Assembly: GCA_002633005.1 (NCBI GenBank)
Contig: NMRA01001096.1
Span: 1-53,987 of the forward strand
DNA: 53,987 nucleotides
Direction: 5' to 3'
DNA from: Phoronis australis
Taxonomy: Eukaryota > Animalia > Phoronida
The notes under the pieces are model-generated. The model was not told the origin of the DNA and did no database searches. It saw nothing but the letters and a program-made list of their open reading frames with translations. Positions 1 through 11,939 of this stretch are shown here, one piece after another (position 1 is the stretch's first letter; every line of letters starts with the position of its first letter). Position numbers and translations under genes: made by a program.

Positions 1-768
1 AGTCGGTGGGCCAGATCTCATAGCGTTCATCCTTGTGAGTACTTTGGGGGGGCAACCTAGTTTTTTCTATGTGGCTAGATAATATACCTATAAATCAAAT
101 TCCAAAAAGTTCCCACGTCTACACTTGCACATTTCTTTAAAAAAAGGTGTTTTTGTTGCACAAAATATGATGCACATTCCTGCCACTTGATGGCGCTTTT
201 CTAGTGAATTGACCAATCAGAGAGCCAGATTGTATTGTTGTGCTTAGTTACTTCAATATGGCTGCTCCCATGGAATGCGATGTCTGTATAATTCAAGGTT
301 TATCAAACAGCACAAAATTGTGATGTCAGAGCCTAAAGAAGCTTAGGAAATCTTCCTGACGAAAGCTGATTGACTGTGGAACTCTGTAGATCAGTAGATC
401 AAACGTTTGTGCAGAAAACAGCTGCATGTCCTGGTAGCCTACACAGTATACTGCTGAGTGCTATAGACTAGAATACCAAGTGTCAGACCAGAAAATTGAA
501 AGGACATAGAACGACATAGCAACGTTTCAAGGCACCAACAGTAGTACTAAAGCTGAAGTTGCTGAAAGTGATACATATGTTATCCAAGATTTCCCAAGAA
601 AATCAATAAATTTCAAAATCTGAAACACCCAATTAACCTGAACAAGATAGGAACATTCTGAAACATGAGTGCATCATTTGTTAGCAGGAAAAGTACATTA
701 TGGGCCACATTTCAAGAAAGAGAAAGAAGTATAGCTTTCAAAAACAGGTACGTGTTTTTTAAAGATAC

Positions 769-1007
769 TGTTGTGACTCGATACACAGGTTCTCGTGCAG
801 CTTACCTTTACTCATATGAAAGCTTGAATACACGCTTGAGTTGAAGACCCACAAACGCAGTGCCACACGAACAGAGAGCTCTTGATTCCCCAGTCACGTG
901 ACAAAACTAGAACTTACAACATCCGGCCACTGACGGAAACCCACGGACGAACACGAACACGCAAGACAATACGAAAGACGAGACCACACAAACCAACATT
1001 CACAACA
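769..1007 (-). repeat. 3' LTR of the Gypsy element
   Basis: 8-bp inverted termini TGTTGTGA/TCACAACA, adjacent polypurine tract. Confidence 0.75.
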
Positions 1008-1527
1008 TTCCTCCCCTCCCTAAATAGAAGAATGATAAAAAAAACACCACCCAACCTTTACTCCCCCCTTAACTAATGAAATATTAAAAAAGACACTCAC
1101 CAATGTCTAATATACATTATGAAAAATAAGAACTATACTATGAAAAATACTAGAGTAACTAAAACCTATGTGGCCGGATTTACAATACAAAAACTAAATA
1201 CTTCACAAAAGTACATGACTGGGGACACTTGAAAATTTGAAAAATACTAGTTACAAGGTACCTATGGTCAAAAAAAAATTAAACTTGTAACAAGAAGAAT
1301 TTACTGTACTATATATTTTAAAAAAACTATTAACATTTGGACCATATGAACAAGTAATGAACACAGAACATATTGTGCACAAAACAACAAGCAACAGCAA
1401 GGTAGCACAGTAAGCTACTACAGAAAAGTAACAAATGGTGAACAGAACATGAGGTCTGCCGGTTGCGTGACCTCACGATTAATAATGACAGAAAAATCAG
1501 GATCTGCGGACTGTTTAGCTGAAATAT

Positions 1528-3050
1528 TTAAAACATTCGGAGATGTTGTATTGTTATAAATAAAACAGCCATCATGCTGGACAGACCAAAATCTGTCTCG
1601 TCAAGGTCACATGGAGAAAGTGACTGAGTAGCCAGTGTAGGGTTGGAGTCAGGATTCGTAATCACTTGCCTAGTTCCAACACATTTGTCTACTTTGGGAA
1701 GAAATGCAAGTGCACTCTTCTTAATCTTTATGGTCTCTGGAACGGACTCACCAATTGACGCTGCAGGAGAGACACAGATGTTCCTACTCACTGCCACATC
1801 TCGTATGAAATCAGGCTGAGACAGCCCCCCTGCAGTTAGTGGGACATTTTGTGAAACAGTAACTGCAACATCTTGAGTAATCAATGAGTCATATGCAATA
1901 TTATCAACTGATGAGTCTGGAACTTCAATACTATCTACTGGATTAGATACAGTACTATCATCTTCAGTTGAAGGTACAGAGAACTCACCAGCAGTCTGAG
2001 TAGATGACTCAGCTGTCTTGGAAAGGAAAGCCTCAGTCCAACCAGTATGTTTCATGAATTTCTGAACCGATTTTTTCAAGAAACCTAACAGGCCAACTAC
2101 TTTTTTACTGTCAGGGAGGTCAAAGTTCATTCGACGAGCTGAAACAGAATTCCAACAAGCCGACTGATAATGACCCAGCTTTCCACACCTGAAACACCTG
2201 GGAGGAGGATTAGAAGATCTTCCCAGAGATGAACTCGGTGAAACTCTTGGTGAAAATGGAGAAGGTCGCTTCGGCGACTGTGTCTGTAACATCGCAAACA
2301 ACTTGTTAAAATTTTTGATACTTCCCTCCGATGTTCTAAAAGGTCAGACTTTAACTCATCCATCTTCTTATGAAGCTTAGCATAGTCAGTCATAAGGAAT
2401 GAAACCGACGCATCTAAGTCATTGCACCTACCCTCAAGAACATCTAATCGAGACTCTAAGGAGCCACGAGGAATGAACTTAAGAGCTGGCTTCTTGGTTA
2501 CTTGGCGAACAACAACTTCATCTCCTTCCATATTCCCCTCTCTACAAAAAGATACCGAATTAGGTGAATTGGAAGTAGCCATCAAGTCTTTGGTTGTTGA
2601 AAACCACCTAGTGGCATTCAAGGCAGCCATGAGTGTACTTGGTCGACTGTTTATAGCCAACTGCGCAACCTCTCCTGTAGACCTAAACAGAACCGAAGAA
2701 CCGCCTGAGCTTCATCAGAGTCCCTCGCCTCTGGAAAGGCCAACAAGAATAAATTTGTAAGACGGTCAGCCCATTGTTCTAAGGACTAGTCAGAAGTCTG
2801 CTTGGCTGACTGGAACCTAAGTTGGTGCACTTCATTGCACTCGACATCTGCCCCAAAACGATAGGTCATATGATCCACAATTTGGTCGAAACTTGAGTGT
2901 GGATGAGCTTTAATATGGTTGAAAAACCAACGAGAGGCATCACCTTCCAAGCACATGCCTAGGCAATGACCATCGCCTCTGTTGGCCCGAATCAGAGGCG
3001 ATGTAGAGGCTATAGGCGCTCTGTACGCCGGAAGCTTTTCGGCGAATTAT
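1528..3050 (-). pseudogene. gag: Disrupted gag (capsid-like region plus zinc knuckle)
   Basis: CFRCGKLGHYQSAC knuckle in ORF 1528-2301. Upstream frame reads LEGDASRWF...RFG...RFQSAKQ..*SLEQWADRL..LAFP, with stops and frameshifts. Confidence 0.7.
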
Positions 3051-3601
3051 GCCTCGCACCGACTAAACCATCAAAGTCACGTTGTTATAAATACCTTTTG
3101 CGCATAGAAGAACACCTTAGGAGGTTGTCGATGTGTTTAAGTCCTTCCAACTCCAACAAATACTCCCGTTATGAAACTTTTTCTTCGATCAGTCCCTATT
3201 TCAGTTCCCAAAATCGTGAAATCAAAATTTGCATTTTTTTAACCAAGCCGAAGGTCAGAAGTTGCGATCCTACCGGCTAACTTTGAAAGCTGAAGTTCCC
3301 GCCCTTTGCGTACGTGCTGCCGGGAACCAGCCGTGCATTTGCCGTGTTGTTAAACATGAAAATGTCAAATATGTGCACAAAGACTATTAAATGTCATATC
3401 AACAGCATTTATTTTTATCAAATACGAACAATAATTCATTGAAATACAAACAGTTTCAAGTAACGCCAATTAAAGACAAGCATAAGTGGTGGCATTTTGG
3501 AAACGAACATTTGACTCACAAGACCGCAATGTCTCACCTTTGGCCTATTTAAAAATTATTGAGATTATGAAGTCACATCACCTAGCGAGCACGGTGAAAA
3601 A

Positions 3602-3840
3602 TTGGACACTCGAAATCTGTTTGCTCAGAATTTTCTACTCAAATGTGCATGGAACTCCACGAAACTAGCATCGGACAACTCTTAGAATACCTTGTTTCAT
3701 TTGATCTCTTCAAATTGCCTTCGAGTGGTGATTTGGCGACAAAAATGCCAAAAGAATGCCAAAATCACAAAATTCAAGGACCTGATTCCGTGATGTCATG
3801 GCAGACGGTCTTCGCACATCCGGGTTTTGACCGACGCTCC
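3602..3840 (+). repeat. Dispersed repeat fragment; second copy inverted at 39231-39470
   Basis: ttggacactcgaaatctgtttgctcagaa...gacggtcttcgcacatcc aligns by eye to the reverse complement of 39231-39470. Confidence 0.85.
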
Positions 3841-4021
3841 GCAAACGCGCTAGATGTCGCGAGAGTAAAAAAAGTAATTTTGCGACTGGGTCGCGTTTGC
3901 CGCGGAGAGTGAAGCGCTAACTGGTCCATAGGCGATGACCTAGTTTACGCAGAGAACCTGGCGGATGACCTAGTTTACGAATTGCTGGTAATGTCTCTTG
4001 CAGCTAGGGCGGATGCATAAA

Positions 4022-4613
4022 TGGTGAATGTTGGCCAATTCCCCTTTTGTCCACTGACGTCACAAGCATACTGGCGCCCCCAGTGGAGGCCCTGAGAACT
4101 CGTAAATAAACCGAGTTCATGAACCCGGTAGTATCCAGCCTAGCCGAGCCAAGCTGGCGAACAGACTTGTATTTATTGTGGGACGTCGAGTATCGCTTTT
4201 TTCTAAAAACATAATGCATGGTATATAATAATGAATGGTGTATAGTACCAATTAATTATGATTGAAAGATTCCTTTTTAGTCGAGCGTAAACGAGGCTAT
4301 TTCGCGTGGGGATAAAACTTTGGCTTTGCCGGCGTGTGTAACACAGAAGAACAGTTGGATCGTGTTGCAGGATAGCTAGAATGAATATTCCAATTTTCTT
4401 AATTTATTGGAACAATATTGATTTTCTGAGAAGTATGACATGCAACATTATTTAAAAAACACACTAAAACATAGCGACTCTGGAAAAATCATAAAAAATA
4501 CTTTAACCACAGTCGCCAACATGCTTGTTTACGAGTTCTCAGGGCCTCCACTGGGGGGCGCCAGTATGCTTGTGACGTCAGTGGACAAAAGGGGAATTGG
4601 CCAACATTCACCA
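4022..4613. mobile_element. MITE with ~85-bp terminal inverted repeats
   Basis: 4022-4106 is a near-perfect reverse complement of 4528-4613 (tggtgaatgttggccaattcccc...); no coding interior. Confidence 0.8.
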
Positions 4614-4769
4614 CTCTGCCGGGCGGATCCAGGATTTTGAGTGGGGGGAAGGGGGCAGGGGGAGGGGGGGAGGGACAAGGGCAGAGTATTTTGACTGTCA
4701 GACATTCACACCCCCAAACTGCCAAATAGAATATGTGTTAATTTTAGGCAATGTCATGACCCCTTTGCA

Positions 4770-5887
4770 GTCCCGAGCCATCTGAGAGAGCACTTTTCAG
4801 AAATGCAGCCTATATTCAAGAACGTAGACATCACCAGAGACGACCTAGGAGAATTTATGCGGGAGTATGCCGAGAAAAACAAAATCATGAGCCCACCACG
4901 ACGATCTCTGGTAGGACGTTTCTTCGGAAAAAAATTTTGTTGGCGACCCCGCTTCTGAAATGGTACTTGGAACACGGCCTGGAGATAACAAACGTCTATC
5001 AAGTGGTCGAATTTGCTCCCGTAAAATGCTTCGAGCGTTTTGATGAGGAAGTCAGCGACGCTAGGCGGGAAGGGGACAAAGATAAAAACAAAGTGATCGT
5101 GGCGCAGACGATGAAACTCATAGGGAACAGCGCGTATGGTAAGACGGTAACGAATCAAGAAAGACATCGTGACGTAAAGTATTGCGGAGAGGCTAAGGCT
5201 CAACGGGAAGTCCAATTCCCGGAATTTAGACACGTCAACTACATCGGGGACGGAACCTACGAATTGGAGATGAAAAAGAAGACCATCCGCCTGAACCTGC
5301 CGCTTCAAATAGGCTTTTTCGTTTATCAGTATGCAAAGTTGCGTATGTTGAAGTTTTATTACGACTTCATGTTAAGATTCGTCGACAGATCCGACTTCGA
5401 ATATTGCGAAATGGACACGGACTCGGCGTACATGGCTATATCCGGTAACTGCCTTGAGGACGTAATAAAACCAGACATGCGAGCAGCTTTCGAGAGGGAA
5501 AAACATCTCTAGTTTGGTTCCCGCGAACGGACACGGAAGAAAACGAAGCTTACGACACGCGTACACCCGGCTTATTGAAACTGGAATTTGCCGGAAAGGG
5601 ACTACTGCATCGCCCTTTGCTCTAAAACCTATTACGTGGGGGCTAACGACGGTCAATCCCATTTTAGCTGTAAAGGAGTGCAAAAACAAAGAAATGCAAT
5701 CGACAAGGCGAGGTATCTCAAAGTATTACAGACCACAAAGAGTAGCTCGGCCCTCAACAAAGGATTCCGGTTAGGCGGTGACAACACTATGTATACTTAC
5801 CTGCAAGAGAGGTGCGCGTTCACCTACTTTTATCCCAAACGACAAGTGTTCGACGACGGCGTCACCACTGGACCTTTGAACATTTAA
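4770..5887 (+). pseudogene. polB: Protein-primed DNA polymerase B (Polinton/Maverick/adintovirus type), C-terminal half, disabled
   Basis: Motif B KLIGNSAYGK, motif C YCEMDTDSAY, then RTPGLLKLEF, IALCSKTYY, FSCKGVQK, FTYFYPKRQVFDDGVTTGPL. Frameshift in the A-run at ~4930, stop at 5510-5512, another frameshift at ~5600. Confidence 0.9.
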
Positions 5888-6455
5888 TTCGGACATTTGA
5901 TGAATTTGCTATAGACTACTTTGCTGAACGTTTTGATGATTTTATATTCGTATGATTTTTGTAGTGTTGGTTTGTCATTAATACTCGTTTAAACGCTATC
6001 GGTTTTATGTTCTGCGTTAGCTGGTCGCTTCTTATTATTACGAGTACGATTCGCTTAGTGCCGTCGGGGCCTGGGTTAGACTTTACGCGACATCTGTTGT
6101 TGAGTTGGGTGGTTATCCCCTTTTGTATACGCCTTTTGTTTTTGATGAGAACACACAATATACAACGACGACAGTTGGCGCACACGAACTAAGTTTTGTT
6201 CTTATTCAGCATCCCTCTTTTGTTTCGATTCTCGATCCGTTGCTAGGAGCCGCAAAACGAGCATCGAGGTGCCTCTCTAACGGGTCCAATTAAACCTATT
6301 ACGTCATGAGGTGTAACGTCATTGACACATCCGTCCGGTAGGCGGATGGTTTCCCTTCCGATCGCAGTTATAAAACGTGACCTTTGACCTTTCACATAGA
6401 TGACCTTTGACCGAGACCCTCAAAACAGGGCGGCTAAACCTCTTACTATACTACT
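4770..6455 (+). mobile_element. Right arm of a Polinton/Maverick element
   Basis: pPolB is followed ~570 bp later by ctcttactatactact (6440-6455), the reverse complement of AGTAGTATAGTAAGAG, an AGTAGT-type Polinton terminus. Confidence 0.8.
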
Positions 6456-6467
6456 GATAGCCTTTAA

Positions 6468-9029
6468 AGTCCTTCTCTCACGCGTTGTTAACCCTTATTA
6501 CATGGTTAGAGGCTGTTATAAGGATCCAAGAAGTACCTACTCATAACTAATACACGATCCGTACTCGAAAAAAGTTTAAATGAACGCGACACTCACGATT
6601 CGCACCCGAAGAACCACCGCCATTTTGAAGTTGCCGCGAACCCGGAAGTACTTCATTCAGGAACCCAGGCCGAGAAAACGCCGTCAGTGCGACTGGAGCA
6701 GTGCCTGTGTACTGTTACCAGCCAGCAAACGGGGATAAAATAATCGACAGCGCGCTGTAGTTTTAATAAAATCAAAATACGGAAATTTTATCGAATTTGC
6801 TGAAGAAATGTGGCGAATAAATTTTGGCAGAAATTATTTTGCCAGACTCGGGACCGCAGCCGCTATCGGACCCGGTGCCGATGAGACCATACACTGGCGA
6901 ACGGTAAACTCATGCGGTTGCAAGCTGTTTTGTCGAAGTAAAATGGTCAAATCATAAATGCTGCATATATTCAAGGGTAGTTTCAGACACATGCATGAAA
7001 TTACGGGCTGGTTAGTCCTGTGTCACACTGCCGCGGCAGACCTTAGTTAGCCTCAGTGCCAGCTACCAGTGAAGACTATCGTCAAAATACAGCTTGTTAG
7101 TAGGCCTATACAGCTTTGCGCGAAGGCTACCCTTAGGTCTAACTGGTCGCTGGCCGCAGCGCTCGCTCAAACGAGGTTTATTTAGAACTTGGGTACTTCT
7201 GGCGAACTGTGCAAAGTTATTGGCTTTCCGCAATAGAGATTTTTCCAGACTTTGAATGGGCGCATTAAGCCTAAAAGAATGGGTGGCTGGAATTTTTGGG
7301 AATGTCTATCTTTTACTATAAGATTCAGTGGGTATGTTCAGAGCTATGAATTGCAGACGCTAAGTTTTGGTACTTCCTGTCTTCTAGTGGAATTTTGTCT
7401 CATTTTCTACTTTTTTCGGAATTCGGGCTTCTCTGACTGAGGCAGACCTTTTTCCAGTTCTCCAAAAATGGAGCTCGTTAGAGCACATAAGTATGAGAAG
7501 TCCAATACAAAATGTTATAATTTTTATTCATTAACCCAAAATGATTCAAACTTTTAACAAAATACGTAACTTAAAATGCACAATACTTTACAACATTTAG
7601 CATTACAAACACTATTCAACAGCAAAAGTTTCCATGATATGAAAGTGGACATACATGTAACTATTACCATGGTGACGGAATAGTGTTTCCTTACACCAGA
7701 ATTTGACAAGCATCATTTAAAAATATGAAGTTGCAAGGAACAAAAATTAGAGGCTTGAAGCTTCACAATCCAACATAGCTTATTTCTCAATTTAAGATTA
7801 TTCATATTTTTGACTTGATAACCTGAATTAAGAAGCAATAAATTACAAAACATGACTTGAAAGCAATTGAGACTTAAAATTTAGAAAAATATGAATCATT
7901 TTGTGACACCAAATCAAGTCCTGAATAGCAGCTGACAGTCAAACAAAAAAACATTTCAAAAGTATTTCAACTATTTCTATAGCTTAGTGTAAGATCACCT
8001 GAATGGGAAATTTACAGTAAATTAATTCGAATACATCTTATATTTTTGCACAAAAAACACGAAAATTGAACAAAGTTTCTTTTTGTATCAACGTTTGTCA
8101 AAATGTATTAACGTTAAACCTTTACAAATTACAAAGTTGCCGATTGAACATGCCTTTCAGTGAGCAAAAGTCGCCATGTTGTTGGTGCCGCCAGAAATGA
8201 GACGAAGTCCAACGGGAATTGTGAGCACATTTATCACTTAATGAGTAACAACTGCGAGGCTGAAATTTGGTGAACACTGTTAAATCGTGCAGAATAGTAA
8301 GTAAAGATATGTCTAACTAAATTTCACCATAATTTGTTGCCGAAAACAATTTACACAAAGTTTTAAACTCGTAACTTATCCCGCTGTCCTCCAATATGGC
8401 CGACGCGATCCAAACAAAGTGACCCAAATTTCGCCACAAAACTTGCAATGACTTTACACTGCTTGCCCCGATTTCGATACTTTTTCGATTTTTACTGAGT
8501 AGAATGCACTACCTTTCCGATGATAGCAAAGTACTTTTTCAAAACGAGAAAAAAATAAAACCGAAAAAAAATTGGTTCGACTCATATTGGTTCCTAGGTT
8601 CGACCGACCTACGTAAGGAACTAAACACCAATGCTATTTTAACATACTAAGTACGCGTAACATTCAAAAAAGATCAACGACCACTAACTACAAACTATAA
8701 ATTCAGTACATATGCATACGAATCACAAGATATTACTAATAAAACAAAATAATGAAGACTTTTCGAGCAAGCGATAGCTAATTCAGTTACAAGAAAAAAA
8801 ATGACGGCGTTCAGGACAAGTTCCTGAACTGATGAGCTGGAAATGTGGTACGGAAATAACCGATGACAACCGGTAATCATACGCTCAGAGAGAAGGGTCA
8901 AATACTGTTGAAAAATCGCTTTTGGCAAGAAAGGCGAAAAGAATATAAAGAAGGGGTGTCGAAAATAAGATTTTATGTGGTAATTTTTTTCGGATACTGG
9001 AACCACATGGGCAGTTTGAGAGAAGGACT
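6468..9029. mobile_element. Non-autonomous Kolobok-type DNA transposon (#1)
   Basis: TTAA TSD (6464-6467 and 9030-9033) and perfect 13-bp TIR AGTCCTTCTCTCA / TGAGAGAAGGACT; no intact ORF. Confidence 0.7.
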
Positions 9030-10489
9030 TTAACAACTGGACTGAAACATGGTGGCACGCAGTAAAGTTTGATACAAATGTTCCCATGTGAGTGAGGGGC
9101 ATACAGAGGTAATGGCATATCAATAGTACTGACAGTAAATCTGGATCCTTGTTCACTTTTCAAAACTCGTTGTATATGTATTTGTCACAGGTATTATGCA
9201 CGTCAACAAGAAAACAATTTTGTCTGTGATGCGTTTTTTTGATTGAAGAGTTTTGTATGTAGTAGTATCGTGTTTGCATAAAAGGAATTTAAACTATTCT
9301 ATTCATTTTAAAGAGGTTCCAAGCAGCTTCCTGTCTTCCAGAAAGTCTCAGATAAGAGGAAGAGTCCCCCTCGACTGACGTAGCACGTTCAAGCTACTAA
9401 ATCAGGGACACACAACTGGTCTCATTGACAGCACATGTTAGTGAACATCTTTATCGCTTACACAGAATCGGTGATAACCATTCGTGCTGCTGTGCCCTGT
9501 ATGTAGGTCAACAGATTTGACAAAGATGGAGGACCCTATTTCATTGCTGGTACAGCATTTGAAGCTGCTTGCCAATGAATTACCTTAAATGCAGCCTATG
9601 TCCCTCTCAGGTCTATGTAACCTAATCTGCCTCATAGATCAGTCTACATTTCTTTAATTAAATGATTACAAGTGCTTTACTGCAAAGTTTGATGTACTGA
9701 CATTGTCTTCTTACTTTGTTGTCAGGGTTTGTGATTTTTATGGTATCTGATTGGTCACATTACTAGTTGTGTGACATCCTGGTGAAGTAAATGAAAAGTG
9801 TTATTCCACAGGGTGGTGAGTCAAAATTATCAAACTGTGTTCCAGACAATCAGAGGACAGGAGTATCAGTTGTCATGTAATGAAACATCATGAGTAACCC
9901 AAAATTTAGTGTCAGGACATAAGGTTATGTGGCACCTTACTGACAAATATCTACAAACTTTGGAATTTAACTTTTTAAAACACTACTTTAATTCATGAAA
10001 GTAGAGAGTCTTTATATAATGACTTTATATATCAATCTGCTATTAATTGGGTCCCATGACCTTATTTTTAATAAGATCCGGGGAAAAAGGAATACATTCA
10101 TAACAAAACAGTGGAGTCGATGACATGACCAATTTTCAAATTATATAAATGTATGTTTTTAGTAACCCTTTTCATTTTAATCAATGTTTGACTTTTTCAT
10201 GAAATTACTGAAATTCCCTGTTTTAGCTAGCCCTCCCATGCCAAAGTAGACCAGTGAAAAGACAATCTGTTAAAGCCTGATGGGGAACAGTGCATAAAGT
10301 ACAAGATCTGAAAGTTTTTATTGGAATCCTATCAGCCATTTGCAAGATATGTTTTCCGCTTTACCCGGCCAGTTTAGATATTTGTCTAGGATCTGCCATA
10401 ACCTGATGCTTGAACACTTTTCTTTTACTGCACAGTGAATGATGTCGTATAACTGTTGGTCTTCACATACGCCATATGTTGATCACATC

Positions 10490-10620
10490 AGGTGTTGGCT
10501 AACGGGTTAGCAGAAACTCCTGGGTTCAAACCTTGGTGGTGACAGAGAGCATTTTATAGATGTAGCTATGTATCACCTGATGCTAACAAATTGACAGACT
10601 ACAACAGTAGTCTCCAAGAC
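10490..10620 (+). mobile_element. Degenerate tRNA-derived SINE head
   Basis: A-box-like tggctaacggg (~10496) and B-box-like ggttcaaacc (~10523) at tRNA-like spacing; no cloverleaf. Confidence 0.35.
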
Positions 10621-11939
10621 TGCCAAATTTGGATAAACGTCTTACCAGAATAATTTGTCAGTTTACAGTCGAACTTTTGTCAGAGTTGAATGTCGTCATT
10701 GTGTCTAGTCCTTAATTTTTTGTTTGTGACTGGTCTTGCACAATAAGTTGTTTTTGTTGAGATTTAGCTAGAATTGGATTGGATTCTATTAGAAAAGAAA
10801 CAAATATTTTATTAGTCTTGTCAAATTACGACATTGTGTAGTTTAGTTTGAAAAATACTGTAAGCCAGACTTTGTACCTTTATAGAGTTTGTTTTATGTT
10901 GTATTATAATTTGGTGGTATTTTGGAAAAAATAAAAACTTAGGCCTGTCCATGCAGATATACTTAAAACAACGTCACATTCTTATTTTTAAATATCTTTA
11001 AAAACTATCCACCATTTTCGTTGTAACATACATCATCTCCAGTGAGAGACTACAGTCCACCTGCACTAACATGGAGAATATGTTTTCTGTGACCCCTGAG
11101 CTTTCCAAAAAGAATGGGCACAATTCGAGGATTTCATTTTTGTCTATGAAAGTGACTCATTAAAGGTATTAAATTTTTTTTATAAAATTGAAAATGTGAA
11201 ACCCCATACTGTTTTAAGTACTGGTTAAATTTGGAATTATGTAGAAGACGATTGCTAATGTGTTAGAGTAGTCTCAAGAATAGGAATTGTGTTTACAATT
11301 TATTGTAATCTGCGAGAGAAAGCTTGCTTCACCACTTAGTTTTTGTGAAATGAAAAGAAATGGATTGCAAGTTTGCTTATTAAAGGGAGCAGTATTTTGT
11401 TCTGAATTGATTTAGCATACAGCCTTGTACCAAGGCAAGGGCAACGGATGGTGTCCTGTGTCTGCACTCTTGGACAACACGTTTTTTACAGAGTTTGAAC
11501 AACTAGGTGCCATACAAAAAGGCATGGAGATTTTTTTACTACACTGGCAAACAGTAAATAATAAGAATCGGTGTGATACAATTGTAAAACGCAATGTAAA
11601 CTCTATGCACTCAATGCCGCAATATAGAGCAGAAATATGTGATAAGCAGTCGATGCCCTGTCAACCACTGACATATCAGCCAATCAGAGACTGGTGTCAA
11701 TATTAGTGTTTTTTACAATAAAATGTGAATCAGTTTTGTTTGGAGCGCAACTCGGGCAAATGTTAGTTTTATATGTACAGTGTATGCTAGAATCGGTTTA
11801 CTGCTGCATTATTTTTACTACAGTCATCTTTTAAACTAGGCATTGGGTAAAAATTAATCGCTGGTAATTTACAGGGATAGAAAAAAATGTTCATAATGTT
11901 TTGTAATCTTTCAGGGAATGCTTACTTCACAACACAGGG

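Larger units (their letters stand above)
769..3278 (-). mobile_element. Gypsy-type LTR retrotransposon, non-autonomous (gag only), 5' LTR missing
   Basis: 3' LTR 769-1007 with TGTTGTGA...TCACAACA termini. PPT adjoins it (plus strand ttcctcccctccc, 1008-1020). Truncated PBS gatcctaccggct at ~3266-3278. Capsid-like and CCHC gag residues lie between; no RT/IN motifs seen. Confidence 0.75.

Noticed and set aside
4754-5689. Minus-strand ORFs of 184 and 105 aa
   Set aside because: Antisense shadows of the polB pseudogene
8808-8862. Hammerhead-like CTGATGA...GAAA after a ttcagga/tcctgaa hairpin
   Set aside because: No NUH site or stem III pairing in the right place; stem II is poor
8695-9163. 153-aa and 92-aa minus ORFs
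   Set aside because: They cross the Kolobok #1 boundary at 9029 and have no recognisable motifs
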